Shown: one piece after another, positions 14,122 to 26,735 of the stretch
How the letters are laid out: every line of letters begins with the position of its first letter
Numbering within the stretch: position 1 is the stretch's first letter
Assembly (NCBI GenBank): GCA_009103225.1
Contig: RHPI01001559.1
Coordinates: 293,921-357,920 of the forward strand
Origin: Chlorokybus atmophyticus
Lineage: Eukaryota; Plantae; Mesostigma and Chlorokybus algae
DNA length: 64,000 bases
Reading direction: 5' to 3'
Notes under the pieces: model-generated
Told to the model about the DNA's origin: nothing
Database searches by the model: none
Seen by the model: the letters and a program-made list of their open reading frames with translations, nothing else
Position numbers and translations under genes: made by a program

Positions 14122-16740
14122 AGCCGGCTGGCCCACCAACACCACTACTACTTGTAACAATACGCCCACTCAAGCAACCAGTACAATCAAAAGCAAGTTT
14201 ACTATCCACCACACCCTGCACAACCCTCCTGGGCAACTTCAACCCCCTACAGGCTGACCACCACGGTCACCGTCAACGCACAGCAACTCCTGGCAGGCGG
14301 GTGAAGCCTCCTTGAGTGGGAGATTCCTGTAAAAACGCCTCAATGCAGCTCACCAATGCAACTACGGCAATGCCCACAATACCAGCACCCACTCCGTCAA
14401 CCAAGACCACCAAGACCACCACGTCAACACCGCCGCCTGCGCCGCGCCCGCTGACACGCCAACAGCACTGTAGAACGTCGCACAGTGCACCGTGCAATGT
14501 TTATACAATGTGCGAATATGCCTATTGGCGATCAGTAGACTATTCTTGGCGCCGGGCAGGGACATTTTACGGAGCAGAACGTTGCAATGCAATGGTTGCA
14601 TATATATTCGCGCACAAAAGCCGCGTTTTTTCCTCGCAAAGGCATATGCTGAGGTCCGATCAGTTACAAGAATGCGACGCGTACAGTCATGATCATTGGG
14701 TAAATAAAGCATCAATGCAGCAGAGGAGGGGATCGCAATCCCCTTTGAATAAATATGTTGATCATGTCATTGCTGTGACGGTTATGGAAGGCACATTTCG
14801 CCCCCCCCGTGGCACATGGCTCGTTGCATTTTGACCCCTTCGTGCCTTGCGGTCTCCGGTCTGGACGATTTTCAGCGCTTTCCAGAAAGGCAGATCGTCT
14901 GCGGGCGCCTGCGCCAGACCCGCTAAGGACCTGACACGCGAGAAGAACATGCATGCCGCGTGGCAATTAAGTGAGTCAGTTCAGAGGTTAGGACTACGCC
15001 TCGACTGGGTCGAACGTGACCGACAGCGGTTACGATTCCACACGCGTGTTGGATAAGCGTTTTGCGGCAGGGCAGTTTTGCCTTCAAGTGTAAGTCAAGG
15101 AATAGATATCGATACCCAGGTCGGTTAGAGTGTAAGCGGTTGTGGTGAGTACGTGGCGCTACGGTCCGGTTGCGTTGCAGGGTATCTACGGACGCGGCCC
15201 AGAATGCCGCGTGTGATTGGATAGTTGAGTCAACGCTCGCATCACCTTCTGACAGCCTGGTGCACTTTATTCCGGATCTTTTTGCCTGTCAGCGTCTCTG
15301 TCCTATTCTGGCAACATGCTTATAGCTAGTGTGCGGCATAAACCCAAAAGTGGCCCCGCTGTAACCTGTTCAACATGGATACGCTACTCAATACGGCTGC
15401 TCTGTGATATGGGTTGATACGTGTTCATTAGTGGAATGTACGGACGACTGCATGTACGATCTGTTGTCATGCACGCCAACACGTAAAAGCAGTGTTCTAT
15501 GTGTATGCCATACAAATTGAAGTTTATGCATACAGATGCACGGCGTGTTGCAGTACATCTGCCTTTTGAATGCTTCATATCATATATCATTGGTGCTGCG
15601 CTGATAGTTTCGACTGTTTTTGAGTTTGCGGGAGTGCTGAATTATAGCTCAATAGAATGTATCAATTTTCGTCGCCTGCTTTTCATGTTCGTATTGTTAT
15701 GTTTGCTAGCTATCATGTAGCCAAACAAGTTCTTTGAGTTATAGCTGGTAGGACAGTCTCGCCGGGCTCCACATGGCCGCTCAACTCACGTGCGTTACAA
15801 TGAACCGTTTTGTTCGCCCCAAAACAACTTCACCTCCATAAAAAATCAGTCCAACTCAACAAGTGACACGTGAACACATTTGATTCAATGAGCACCCCTG
15901 AGTTAAAATACATATTGCGCAATGAAGTCTAGCGCAAATCAAAGGGCAAAAAGTGAAATACATGGAGGCAAAAGATCTGCCCTTTGCTCTCCCGGCCTAA
16001 AAATCACTTATTGTACACAGTCTGTCAACGCCATGGCGCCACTTAGCAGGTAACACAACATGTATGCATTATAATCTTGTATGCATTTGTAAACGGTTGC
16101 AAAGACTACCATATGTGCCCTGGATTGTGCTGCATTCGTGGGTTTGCTTAGACGGAAAATTTACACTGCAGGCGCAATGCGGCTAGCATTAAAACTCGTG
16201 AGCTGTCACAGTCCATGCATGGAGTAGAACCACCCTTGCATAAGCATATCTGAGTAATCCGCGCATCTCAGCTTTTTTGTAATTACCCTTGTATACATAC
16301 AGCATCTTAACTTGTCACGCTGTAAGAGAGCACGAGTGTTGCACAGACGCCCACTGTCACAAATTGGGATAAATTGTGACAGACCTCACTCATGGTAGTG
16401 TTTTTTACTACCATAGCCTAGTGGTCGGGCCCCAATTGTTACACCCACGATTGCTCTGCAACAGAGATCATTGCTGTTGCGACATGAAAGAGATTGTCCC
16501 GGATTGGAAGACAAGCACGCTATTGTATGCTAACGTGTACAGCTTTAATGTATATGGTCTCAATAAACCAACACCCATGTTGACTACATGGTCAAGTTGA
16601 CAAGAACAATTACAAGTCCTTATTTATGGAAATTCACTATTCGTGGCACTATCCACACCCATGACCACACCCGTAGATTCCCTTTTGACATGATAGTAAT
16701 AATGTGACGAATGGCAATTATAACAAAATGTAATAGCTTG

Positions 16741-19144
16741 CCAATTCAAAAGCCGGCCGGCGATGACCGCCGCTGCTTTTATGATGCTTAGCAAACCGTC
16801 AAACATTATGAAGCGTGCAATCATCGCAGCAGCGCCGATCTATTAGATCCTAGTAAATCAGCTTGGGTGCAAGCGTGTTCGCTCGAGCGTGCACTTTTGA
16901 TCAATAACGCGCGCTAAGTGACTTCACTAGCCTGGCCAGTAACTGTACTGAAAGCAGTGGTTGTTAAAGTGATTTTTTTGTATTAAGGTGAATTTTAGAT
17001 AGCAGGCCGCATGCAATGCAGAACCCAAAAAACAAGCCCTTCTAAGAACGCTCTCTGTATGATGTGTACATGCAGTAAAAACTCTCAATCTAGCCCATTG
17101 GCATCCGAGGATCTCATGAAAAGTCATAAAGTGCTTGTGGGTATACAGCCTGCGCACTGCGCGGGTGTTGTCATTTCAATAGCGCCTTAAATGCGATATT
17201 GAGTAGTCATATGGTTATGGCATGTGTTTGTTGTGTCACATGTAGCAAAATTATGGGCTTCTTTTCACCTTGCATTACGTACAATACTCGTGTGTGCAGA
17301 CTGATTGGCAATCCTATGCATTGAGTCTACACGCAAAGTGTAGGATGTGCCCATCACATTGCAAGCGTCAATATTCTTCTCGACAACTATTACTGAAGTG
17401 CCAAGCCAGGCCAATCTACATACTCTCAGCTATATCTGTTCTCTTTCGCTTGGGGCCAATATCAACACGCACCATTACCCGGTCGGTGTGGTATCTTTGA
17501 AAGCACGCGTGCTTGCACAAGTACACATTGCAAGGCTCACACCAATAGCATGACTTCTTACCTCTGCCTCTTACTCCCCCGGGCTGCAACTATGCATCCT
17601 GGCGTCAGCTGCACACCAAGCACCGCCTTTGCTTCTTGGTGGAATGCGTGCCGACAAATGGCGTCGAGAGAAGCCGCCACTCACATTTTTGAATATATCT
17701 CTATGCCTGCAACGCACGGTGAGGGGTGGTAAGGGGAGCAAAAGATCGAGGGGGAGGAGGGGAGAGGAGGGGGATTGACAGACAGGACTTGTTGAAGGGA
17801 GGGAGATGTTGGTGATGATGTAAATGGAGGGGACTTCCCTTGGAGGGGAGGGGGGGGGGGGGGGACNNNNNNNNNNNNNNNNNNNNNNNNNNNNNNNNNN
17901 NNNNNNNNNNNNNNNNNNNNNNNNNNNNNNNNNNNNNNNNNNNNNNNNNNNNNNNNNNNNNNNNNNNNNNNNNNNNNNNNNNNNNNNNNNNNNNNNNNNN
18001 NNNNNNNNNNNNNNNNNNNNNNNNNNNNNNNNNNNNNNNNNNNNNNNNNNNNNNNNNNNNNNNNNNNNNNNNNNNNNNNNNNNNNNNNNNNNNNNNNNNN
18101 NNNNNNNNNNNNNNNNNNNNNNNNNNNNNNNNNNNNNNNNNNNNNNNNNNNNNNNNNNNNNNNNNNNNNNNNNNNNNNNNNNNNNNNNNNNNNNNNNNNN
18201 NNNNNNNNNNNNNNNNNNNNNNNNNNNNNNNNNNNNNNNNNNNNNNNNNNNNNNNNNNNNNNNNNNNNNNNNNNNNNNNNNNNNNNNNNNNNNNNNNNNN
18301 NNNNNNNNNNNNNNNNNNNNNNNNNNNNNNNNNNNNNNNNNNNNNNNNNNNNNNNNNNNNNNNNNNNNNNNNNNNNNNNNNNNNNNNNNNNNNNNNNNNN
18401 NNNNNNNNNNNNNNNNNNNNNNNNNNNNNNNNNNNNNNNNNNNNNNNNNNNNNNNNNNNNNNNNNNNNNNNNNNNNNNNNNNNNNNNNNNNNNNNNNNNN
18501 NNNNNNNNNNNNNNNNNNNNNNNNNNNNNNNNNNNNNNNNNNNNNNNNNNNNNNNNNNNNNNNNNNNNNNNNNNNNNNNNNNNNNNNNNNNNNNNNNNNN
18601 NNNNNNNNNNNNNNNNNNNNNNNNNNNNNNNNNNNNNNNNNNNNNNNNNNNNNNNNNNNNNNNNNNNNNNNNNNNNNNNNNNNNNNNNNNNNNNNNNNNN
18701 NNNNNNNNNNNNNNNNNNNNNNNNNNNNNNNNNNNNNNNNNNNNNNNNNNNNNNNNNNNNNNNNNNNNNNNNNNNNNNNNNNNNNNNNNNNNNNNNNNNN
18801 NNNNNNNNNNNCCTCTGCGCGGTTTCACAAATTCACCGCCTTCGATTGCTTTGGGATATACCATAATTTGTCTTCAAGCAGTACTTGTCATATTGACACG
18901 CGATAAGTGACTTAATGAATGGCAATAATGGCAGAATTGGCTAGCCCAATTTAAGAGCCGCCCGGCGAAGGCGACGGCAGTGATAACCGTCGCTGCCTTT
19001 TTGATGCTTATCAAGTTGCCAAACATCATGAAACGTGCGATCATTGCAACATCGCCGATTTTTTACAGCTGCACTTCAATAATCCAGCTTGGGTGCAAGT
19101 GTGTTCGCTCGAGCGCGTTGTTTATCACAAAAAGCACGCGCTAA
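16741..19144 (+). repeat. Pair of diverged ~180-200-bp direct repeats (16741-16916 and 18946-19144) flanking a gap
   Basis: Shared blocks include GATGCTTA, AAACATYATGAARCGTGCRATCATYGCA and CAGCTTGGGTGCAAGYGTGTTCGCTCGAGCG. Confidence 0.8.
17867..18811. other. Assembly gap (N run)
   Basis: N run, preceded by a G-rich tract. Confidence 1.
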
Positions 19145-20681
19145 ATTACTTGATTCAGGGCAAAGTGTGAGCACCTTGACATGTGCATGCACTGCTCGCG
19201 GTCGGACAGCCTTGAGGGGCTCGATTGCAAAATATTGATAACTAGTTAGTTATTCTTTTGCAATGTTTAAACCAAGACTGGATTGTTGTCCGACACGAGT
19301 TGTGCAATGTAGTAAACGTTGAAAGACTGTTTGTGTCTTTATTTGCACGCACTCTTTCTGTTGCCGCAAAAACTATATCATATCGTTGTTATAAGCGCTT
19401 GATGTGCTTGACGTAAGTTTTTATGGTTGGATTAAGCGCGTAACACAGTTAACACCGTATGTCGTCATGCATTGCATGACGTAACGTGCGCAGAGTAACC
19501 ATGACACAGCTTGCACATGTGGTAAAGCTGTCTTAAAAAAAATAATATGTTGTTTGCACCAATCTCGCACGCGCTGTCAGGCTGCCATTACACTTGGCGG
19601 ACCAGGGCTACTTGCCTGCACATAACTGAATAGCAACTCACATTTAACGTAAGTATTTGCTGCAGTGGTTGCTTATTCAACACGTATGTTATTAAATCGG
19701 GCGGCTGCCGGTCGGCATTACGTGGCTCATTGACTTGTGAGGTTAAGGCATTCATAAACACGTATAAAGGTAAATCATTTATTGACATACTTACCAGTGC
19801 ACAGTTATTGAAGTACACCGTCCGAAGGCGTATCAACTCATCAACGTGACGCGTCTTGCAGTACATATACGTAGTCAACATTCTATGTGCATGATTACTT
19901 AAATCCGTGGTATGATAAACCTCACTTACCGCATTACAATAGGTGAGTGCTTGTTCGCAAGCCGAGTAACACATAAACAATCTTCACTTAACTGCTGCTG
20001 TTTGTTGCGTCTATGTGACCATCACATTTGCATCAAAGACATATTTTTTGAGTGAATTGATGCAACTTTTGCAAATGCATAATTACTAGCAGCCACATAC
20101 CAAAGTATACATAACTTCAACCTCTGACTATAAACAAAAATGTGCAAAGCACCTATGCGAATGCTTGAGCTCTCTTACTCTCTCTATGTGCAAAGGCAGG
20201 CCGATGGCTCTCGCATCAGCATTGGTAGCAGTAGCGGGAGGGGAGGTGGAGGTGGAGGCACCGGCAAGGGCGGATGAGTGGCAGAGCCGCATGGCAAAGC
20301 CGGATGGCGGTGCCATAGATTTGGATAAAGAGTGAATGAATAAGAAACCAATGGCGAAAATTTCTGTCAGGTCACAAATGTGTGTGGTAATGGTGTTACA
20401 ACTGATGACTTTCCCGTAAAACGAAGCGTTGTCTGCTTCGCTGGCATATCCCCTCATTAGGGGTGGAGTGGGGTGTTACAAGCTTAGCACTAGCATGCGT
20501 TGATTCAAACTGCTGCGTTCAGACCTTCATGTTTGTACGCCTCGCATGTATTTTGGTGGATGAGTGTGCATGCATTGGATGCACTAAATACAAGGCCTTG
20601 ATACCCACCTGCACGCATACACAACACCTACAAAAGCTACATACACAAACACACACATTTCCGTTTCACATTGTTTGTACA

Positions 20682-23065
20682 TCATAGCCGCGGGCGTGTC
20701 TTCGCAAGCGCCTCCTCAAGCTCCTTTGACAGCAGCATCCCCGCATTCCATGTGGCCACATAGTCCAGCCCGTCCGCCACTGCATGATCCCTACCGCATC
20801 ATGTGAGTATATGGACCTCATACACTCAGGCTGTGACGGCTGCGTAGCAGGTGATTGACTGGCAACATGCGGGTGTGACTACGTAACGGCGTAGGCAAGT
20901 AGTGTGTTAGGTAGAGTTAGTAATAGCCCTGTGATGTAAATGTATGAAGTGTTGGCATGAGACTGCATGTGCCGTGTGCCGCATACTATGCATGACACTG
21001 TATGTGCTGGACATCATGCATGCTACTAATCTGGCATCCTATCTGTTGTACACTCGTCACAATGTACGCACCTGGTGTGGAGGAGGACAGCTTTGGTACC
21101 CGCCACGGCCAGAGACGGTTTTGAGGCAATGGTGCGGGTTGTCTCAAGCGCGAAGTCCAGCATATCCTTGCGTGTTGGGAATGACCTCGTCACCTATGCA
21201 GAGTGCATAGCGGTTGCAAAGCATACACAACATTGGTTTGCACACATGCCCACGCAAAGCGATTACACGCAACAGTCTAAAGAGCCAGTGCATCAGCAAC
21301 TTACAAGGTTTAGTGATGCAGGACGAGAAGAGAAAATACGCTTACACATACAAGTGTTATTCAAGCACAAGTACACAAGCATACTTACCAGGCCGATGCG
21401 TGCGGCTTCTTTGCCGTCAATTGTGCGAGCAGTCAGCGCGAGCTCCCGCGCCACGCCTGACCCAACATGCGCATGCTCACAAAGTCTCTCCAACAGCTGT
21501 TGTGTCGGCGTCACACATACATGCGTGGCATGTCACACGCACCGTCCCCAACAATCCTTGGCAGCCGCTGCAGCGTGCCCAAGTCCGCCGTTATACCCAA
21601 ATCCACCTCCTGAAGACATGAGGTTGGTCAGTCCGCGTGCAATTTGTTGTTCGTGATGAGTGCGTTGAGTGATTGCAACAACAATTGCATAACCGCATGT
21701 TTGATGGATGCATGGATGGATAAATGTACACATGGATGTCAGGTTGAGTAATTGGCTGACCAATGTGAACACCGCAATCAATGTGTCTGATAATAATGAA
21801 CAAGTGTGACTGAGTCCAATGCAGGAACACGTGATTGAAATATGTATTTCAACAACGCACTTTGACGCAGAATCGCGCATCATCGGTGCAGTAGCGGATA
21901 TCACACGCGGTAATCTGCGCAACAGCAGCAGCCAATCCCAGCGCTTTAGCCCAGCACCACGGAGAGTGAGATGAAACTTGCTTCACAACTGAGTAGTAGT
22001 GGTGGCAGTGTTGTGGGGTAAAGCACACGAACACGTACAAGGTCGATGCCGCCGCCTATGCAGGCCCCGTGCACCGCGGCCACCACCGGCTTCCGACACT
22101 CCTCCAACGCACTCAATGCAGCCTGCAGGTGCATGCACACACCGTCATATGTGCACACATGCACAAACACACAACGTGCACACGTGCACAAACATGCACG
22201 TGCGCACGCGTACAGGCTACATGTGGTGCATGTACACCCTCATACAAACGCTTCCACGTGAGCACCTTTCCTATCACTCACTTGCCTGCATGGTTTTTAT
22301 TTGTGTGCGCAGCTCCGCGCGCTCCCTTGCGGGACACCCGCCACCATCGCGCTCAAGCCCTTTCTTCAACTCGCCAAAACCCGCAAGCTCCATCCCCGAG
22401 CAGAAGTGCGGACCATCCGCAGCCAACAGCACCTGCATGTGCATGCATGTGGATGTGTGTGTGCGCGCGCATGCGCGTGCGTGGATGCGTGCCTGTGACA
22501 ACATGAACAGTACCAGACTAAGCTGATACCGCGCGTGTGCTGGGATCGCGGTCGAGGGTGGAGAGCATAGCAGGGAGGCCGTGAAAGAGGGCGGGTGACA
22601 TGGCATTGGAACGCAAGGGGCGTGAGAGGTACACTGCACGCCAGTGTAAGGATGAAGGATGAGACGGCACGTACATTCATGTGTTGCGTGCTGGTGGCAA
22701 TAGTGCAAGCATGCTTTCTTGCAGTATGTGAAGCGGCTTGAGTCAGTTACACCGTGCACAGGCTATATCGTCAATAAATCACACATGCGTAAGCGCGCTC
22801 GTGCATTGTGTATGCAACCATTTGTGTCAGTGTATGTGCCGTGTCTGCGTGTGCGCATGTGTGCATGCATGCTTGTCATGTACAACTTGCTCAACATCAT
22901 ACTCACGCAGATGTAAGTGTGAAACATATGTGTGTCCCAACCTGTAGCGACTCCATCCCGCCCCGCCGCCTCCACCCTCACCGCCGCCTCCTCGCCAGAG
23001 CTTGCCGTCAGTCTATCCTGACTGTGAGCCTGCCCGCCCGCAGCCTGACTACCCTGCCCGTGCAA
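20682..23065 (-). CDS. DCI1: Delta(3,5)-Delta(2,4)-dienoyl-CoA isomerase (crotonase family), multi-exon
   Basis: Exons encode VYLSRPLRSNAM, VLLAADGPHFCSGMEL, ECRKPVVAAVHGACIGGGIDL, ITACDIRYCTDDARFCVK, VARELALTARTIDGKEAARIGL and DHAVADGLDYVATWNAGML. The protein ends ...TRPRL*, a PTS1-like tripeptide. There is no in-frame ATG in the first conserved exon. Confidence 0.9.
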
Positions 23066-23161
23066 CTGCGGGCCGCTGGCAGCAGCAGCAACTGCACCAC
23101 GAGGCCCAAACTCCCCCTAGACGACAACAACAATCACATGCTTGCAATGTGATCATCATAC

Positions 23162-23576
23162 CATCAACCTTCTCGTCCTCTCTCACCTCCACTAGATGGA
23201 AGCTGTCCCTGACGTCGTCATACCTCCACATCCTCCCGCTCGTGATGGCGTTGAAGACCACCATGTACGGCGGCGTTGCAGGGTGGAGGTTGCAGTCTCT
23301 CTTCAACGCCGTGAAGAGAGCGTCCTCGCGGGCCTTGGCCCGGGCGGCGTAGTCTCGCTGGGCCTGGGCGTGCTTGCGCTTCTTCCTGCGCTTGTCGGCG
23401 TCGGCGTCGGTGTCGTCCTGGTCCTCGGGGGCAGGAGCACTGCTCACGGGAGAGGAAGGCGTTGCTGGAACCACCCCCCGGGCGAGGTCAGGCAGGATAG
23501 GCCTGACAGGGGCAGAGACACCAGCAGCAACCCTATCAGGGACGCCGCCGCTGACCCCAGCTGGGGGATCTGCCAT
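23162..23576 (-). CDS. Upstream coding exon with a basic NLS-like helix; probable 5' exon of DCI1
   Basis: ATG at 23576 (MADPPAG...) with GC3-rich codons and the segment KRRKKRKHAQAQRDYAARAKAREDALFTALKR. Two donor/acceptor pairs would splice it in frame to DCI1. Confidence 0.55.
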
Positions 23577-24894
23577 GACGCTCAACCACCGTCACACGAT
23601 CACGCCGTATCATCTACTGTCAAGCGCTGGCAGCTGCACAGCACACCAGCCCGTATCATCTGCCCTAGAGCTGATAACGCACCACATGTTGCGTGTAGTC
23701 CCACTCCAACCAAGATCACGATGACAGCCACTGCTCATCGGAAGGCTGAGTTTGTTGTCACAAGCCTCTCGTGCTATAGATCGAAGGCTGTCGAAACACA
23801 TCGCGAACACAATGCGTGCCATGGGTGATGGGCATCATGTCCTGTCTCGCTCAAGGCGACAGTCAGCGAATATGCGCGATGTGCTGAATGTCAGCCAATT
23901 GGCTGACAGATAATGAAATTTCCATACACAGACTGTTATTGCAAGGGTAACAATAAGCTCTAACACACCACAAACCAGTCACAAGTATGCATCACACATC
24001 AAGAGCGTGCTTGCAAGAGAGCCATGCCATGTGTTAGTATCTGTTAAGTATGATCACACAAAAGAGTACAATAGCATCATGACTTACATGATGTTTCCGG
24101 CATTATGAAACACAAAATACAAAAGGGTATGAAAAAATTCAATTTTATACATTGCGTCGCCATCATGTGTAAGCAACAATGTAATTACTTCCTTTAACTT
24201 GCTTTTTATGTCGATGTATTAACATGACAACGATCCCCCCCTCCCCCCCCCCCTTCCCTTCCTCATCCATATATGCATTGAATTGAAGCGGGGGCTTGAG
24301 CAATGTCGAGCTTTAAGGCTTTGCATCCATCCAAGCAAGGATGGTATACAAGCGTTTTGGTCTGCATGCATTCGATTGAATCAACCCGCCTGAATGTAGT
24401 TCATTTGAATGACAATATTATGCTTTTATCATTGTAGAACAACCGCGAGCACATGCTACTACGACCACCATGCTTGTGTGTTGCATGTATATCATAACTG
24501 AGTTATACACATTGTTATCAATGTTTGTAAACGAGCTTATTTGTACATCGGCATGTACATGTATATCACATATGTTAATATGCTTATTAACACCAAGTTC
24601 ATTGTAACACATTATGCATACCCCCNNNCCCCCCCGCCAAATCTGTAGTTGTCGTTGTGCAGTGTATGATATACTGGTCTTTTGCCTTTGCATGTTCTAT
24701 CATACCGTATCTAAGACTCATTAATGCGTAAGTTATGGGGTGCATATAATGTATGTGCTCGAGTGCACATATGTGTGAAGTAGTGATGTATGCATTTCTT
24801 GGGCACCCACTTTGCACAAGTGATAATTTTCGCCGGTGTCAAATGCTACATATATTTGCAATGCATGCAGGGACATGCATATGCAAATGTGACA

Positions 24895-24986
24895 ATGCGG
24901 CAGGCCATGCGGTGGAGGCTGGAATGGACTATGTGACCACATGGAACGGGAATGATGCGTTTGTTAGAGCTTGAGAGGAGGCACTT
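24895..24986 (+). pseudogene. Inverted degenerate copy of the DCI1 last exon
   Basis: Reads GHAVEAGMDYVTTWNG...EAL against DHAVADGLDYVATWNAG...EAL in the gene. It keeps an acceptor-like ATGCGGCAG (gene: ATGCGGTAG) and is frameshifted. Confidence 0.7.
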
Positions 24987-25628
24987 GTGGGAACATGTCC
25001 GCGGTTATATTATGTCCTTCATGTAATGTCTCTTGTCTTTTTGCTTTCACGCACATTGTTTTATATTGTGAGTGGGTGTGGAGGGTGTACAGGATGCAAA
25101 TAGTAATAAGACTTGTGTGCACTCCATATACAAAGTTATTTAAATACCACAATGTTCGGAATATCTAAGCATCTTTGTACATGGAGTATACTATGAGATC
25201 GGTTGTTAAGGCCGGATATATACAATATCAAGCACAAAGGGAGTAGGTGGAAACATACGTCACAGTATATTACATTCACACATACCATGCCCTTGTGGTC
25301 CTACCCACATATTTAGCTGCTACTTACTGAAAAGCAGTGCAAAAGTTTGGCACGCATTTCACAACATAACACAACCCGAGTGCAGGCAATTTCTCCCATA
25401 ACATCACACGACACAACAATGTTGTCGTGCAACAGCTGCCATTAGTGACTATACACAACACTACACACTATACACATACAAGGTCATCTGACCCAGCAAA
25501 CCCACAATGTATCTCTCTTCACCCACTCTCTTTTTCTCAACCTGCTCCAGTCACGCAATAAGTTGCTACTCGACTGCTTGCTGTAGAGAGGGTAAAAGAG
25601 TGCCTTTATAACTGGGTAACTCTTTGTG

Positions 25629-26735
25629 TCACAAGTGAAGTGCGATGGCAAGGCCGACGATGGGTCCGACGAGGATGGTTGGGATAAAGGGGCTGACCAG
25701 TGCGTTGAACACGGGACCCACCACGGGGACGCGGCGGATCACTCGCTTGCCAACGTGCACCTGCCATTGCGTCCGAGGGCACACGTCAGCTGTTTGTATG
25801 GGAAGGTAAGGAACCACACAAGCGAAAGAGCGCACAATGAGACAACGAAGCTGAGGTGAGATTGACACCTCACGACAACAACAACGAGGACTATGGGCGC
25901 TAAGTGACCAAGTATGTGTGCAAGTGAGTCCCTGGCTGTGTAGTGGTGATCTTCAAAATAACCAGCACTCAACACTGCCCTCATTGCAATGGCTGAGGAA
26001 GACTTTACTGAACACTTGCTGTGTGCGAACAATATGCAACTGTGCAACAGACACACAGCCCAGTACACTTGGAGCAGGATGTACTGCACAACAACACGAC
26101 CTCGAGTACGCTGAACACTAATCGAGTTGCCCACAAGGCGCAACTAATACCTTGCCAGGTGTACCACACACATATGCGCACACGCAGGCATGCACGCACG
26201 TCTCCCCCTTGCCCCCTCACTCCCCCACACGACATGACCACAAGGTGGCAGGCAGAGCAAGGTGACGGAGGTGACGTCCCAACCCAACAACTGTACGTTC
26301 GCGCGTAACCCAAACTGACCACAACTGCCCTTCCATGCTTGCCAACCACTGACTGATCCACAAAGTTAGTAATCCATCCATCCATGATTGCAAGCAACAT
26401 GCAAGTCACAATCAACCAACTAACCAGCCAACCAAGCATCCCAACCAACACGCCTCCAGCAATCTCCAGCACGCATGCACACATGTACACACGCACACCC
26501 ACATGCACACGATCAAACTCACCGCGAGCGATCCTCCCACCGCGACCCCCAGCAGCGCGTTCTTCTCTCGTAGCCAGTGCCTCGGGGGGTGGGGCGGAGG
26601 CTGCTCGTCCTTGGTCACATCTCCTTCAGCAGCAGGGGCGTCGTCCCCGGCTGGAGCGGCCAGATCGGACGCGTCGTCGTCGACTTCCCGATGAGGCGGA
26701 GCTGCGACGGCGTCGACTGCCTCCTTCACGCCCAT
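25629..26735 (-). CDS. 114-aa membrane protein of unknown function, 2 exons (26523-26735, 25629-25760)
   Basis: ATG at 26735 and an acidic N-terminus. A phase-0 intron (GCG|GTGAGT...GGCAG|GTG) gives LLGVAVGGSLA|VHVGKRVIRRVPVVGPVFNALVSPFIPTILVGPIVGLAIALHL*. Homologous to the 29189-30926 gene. Confidence 0.7.
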
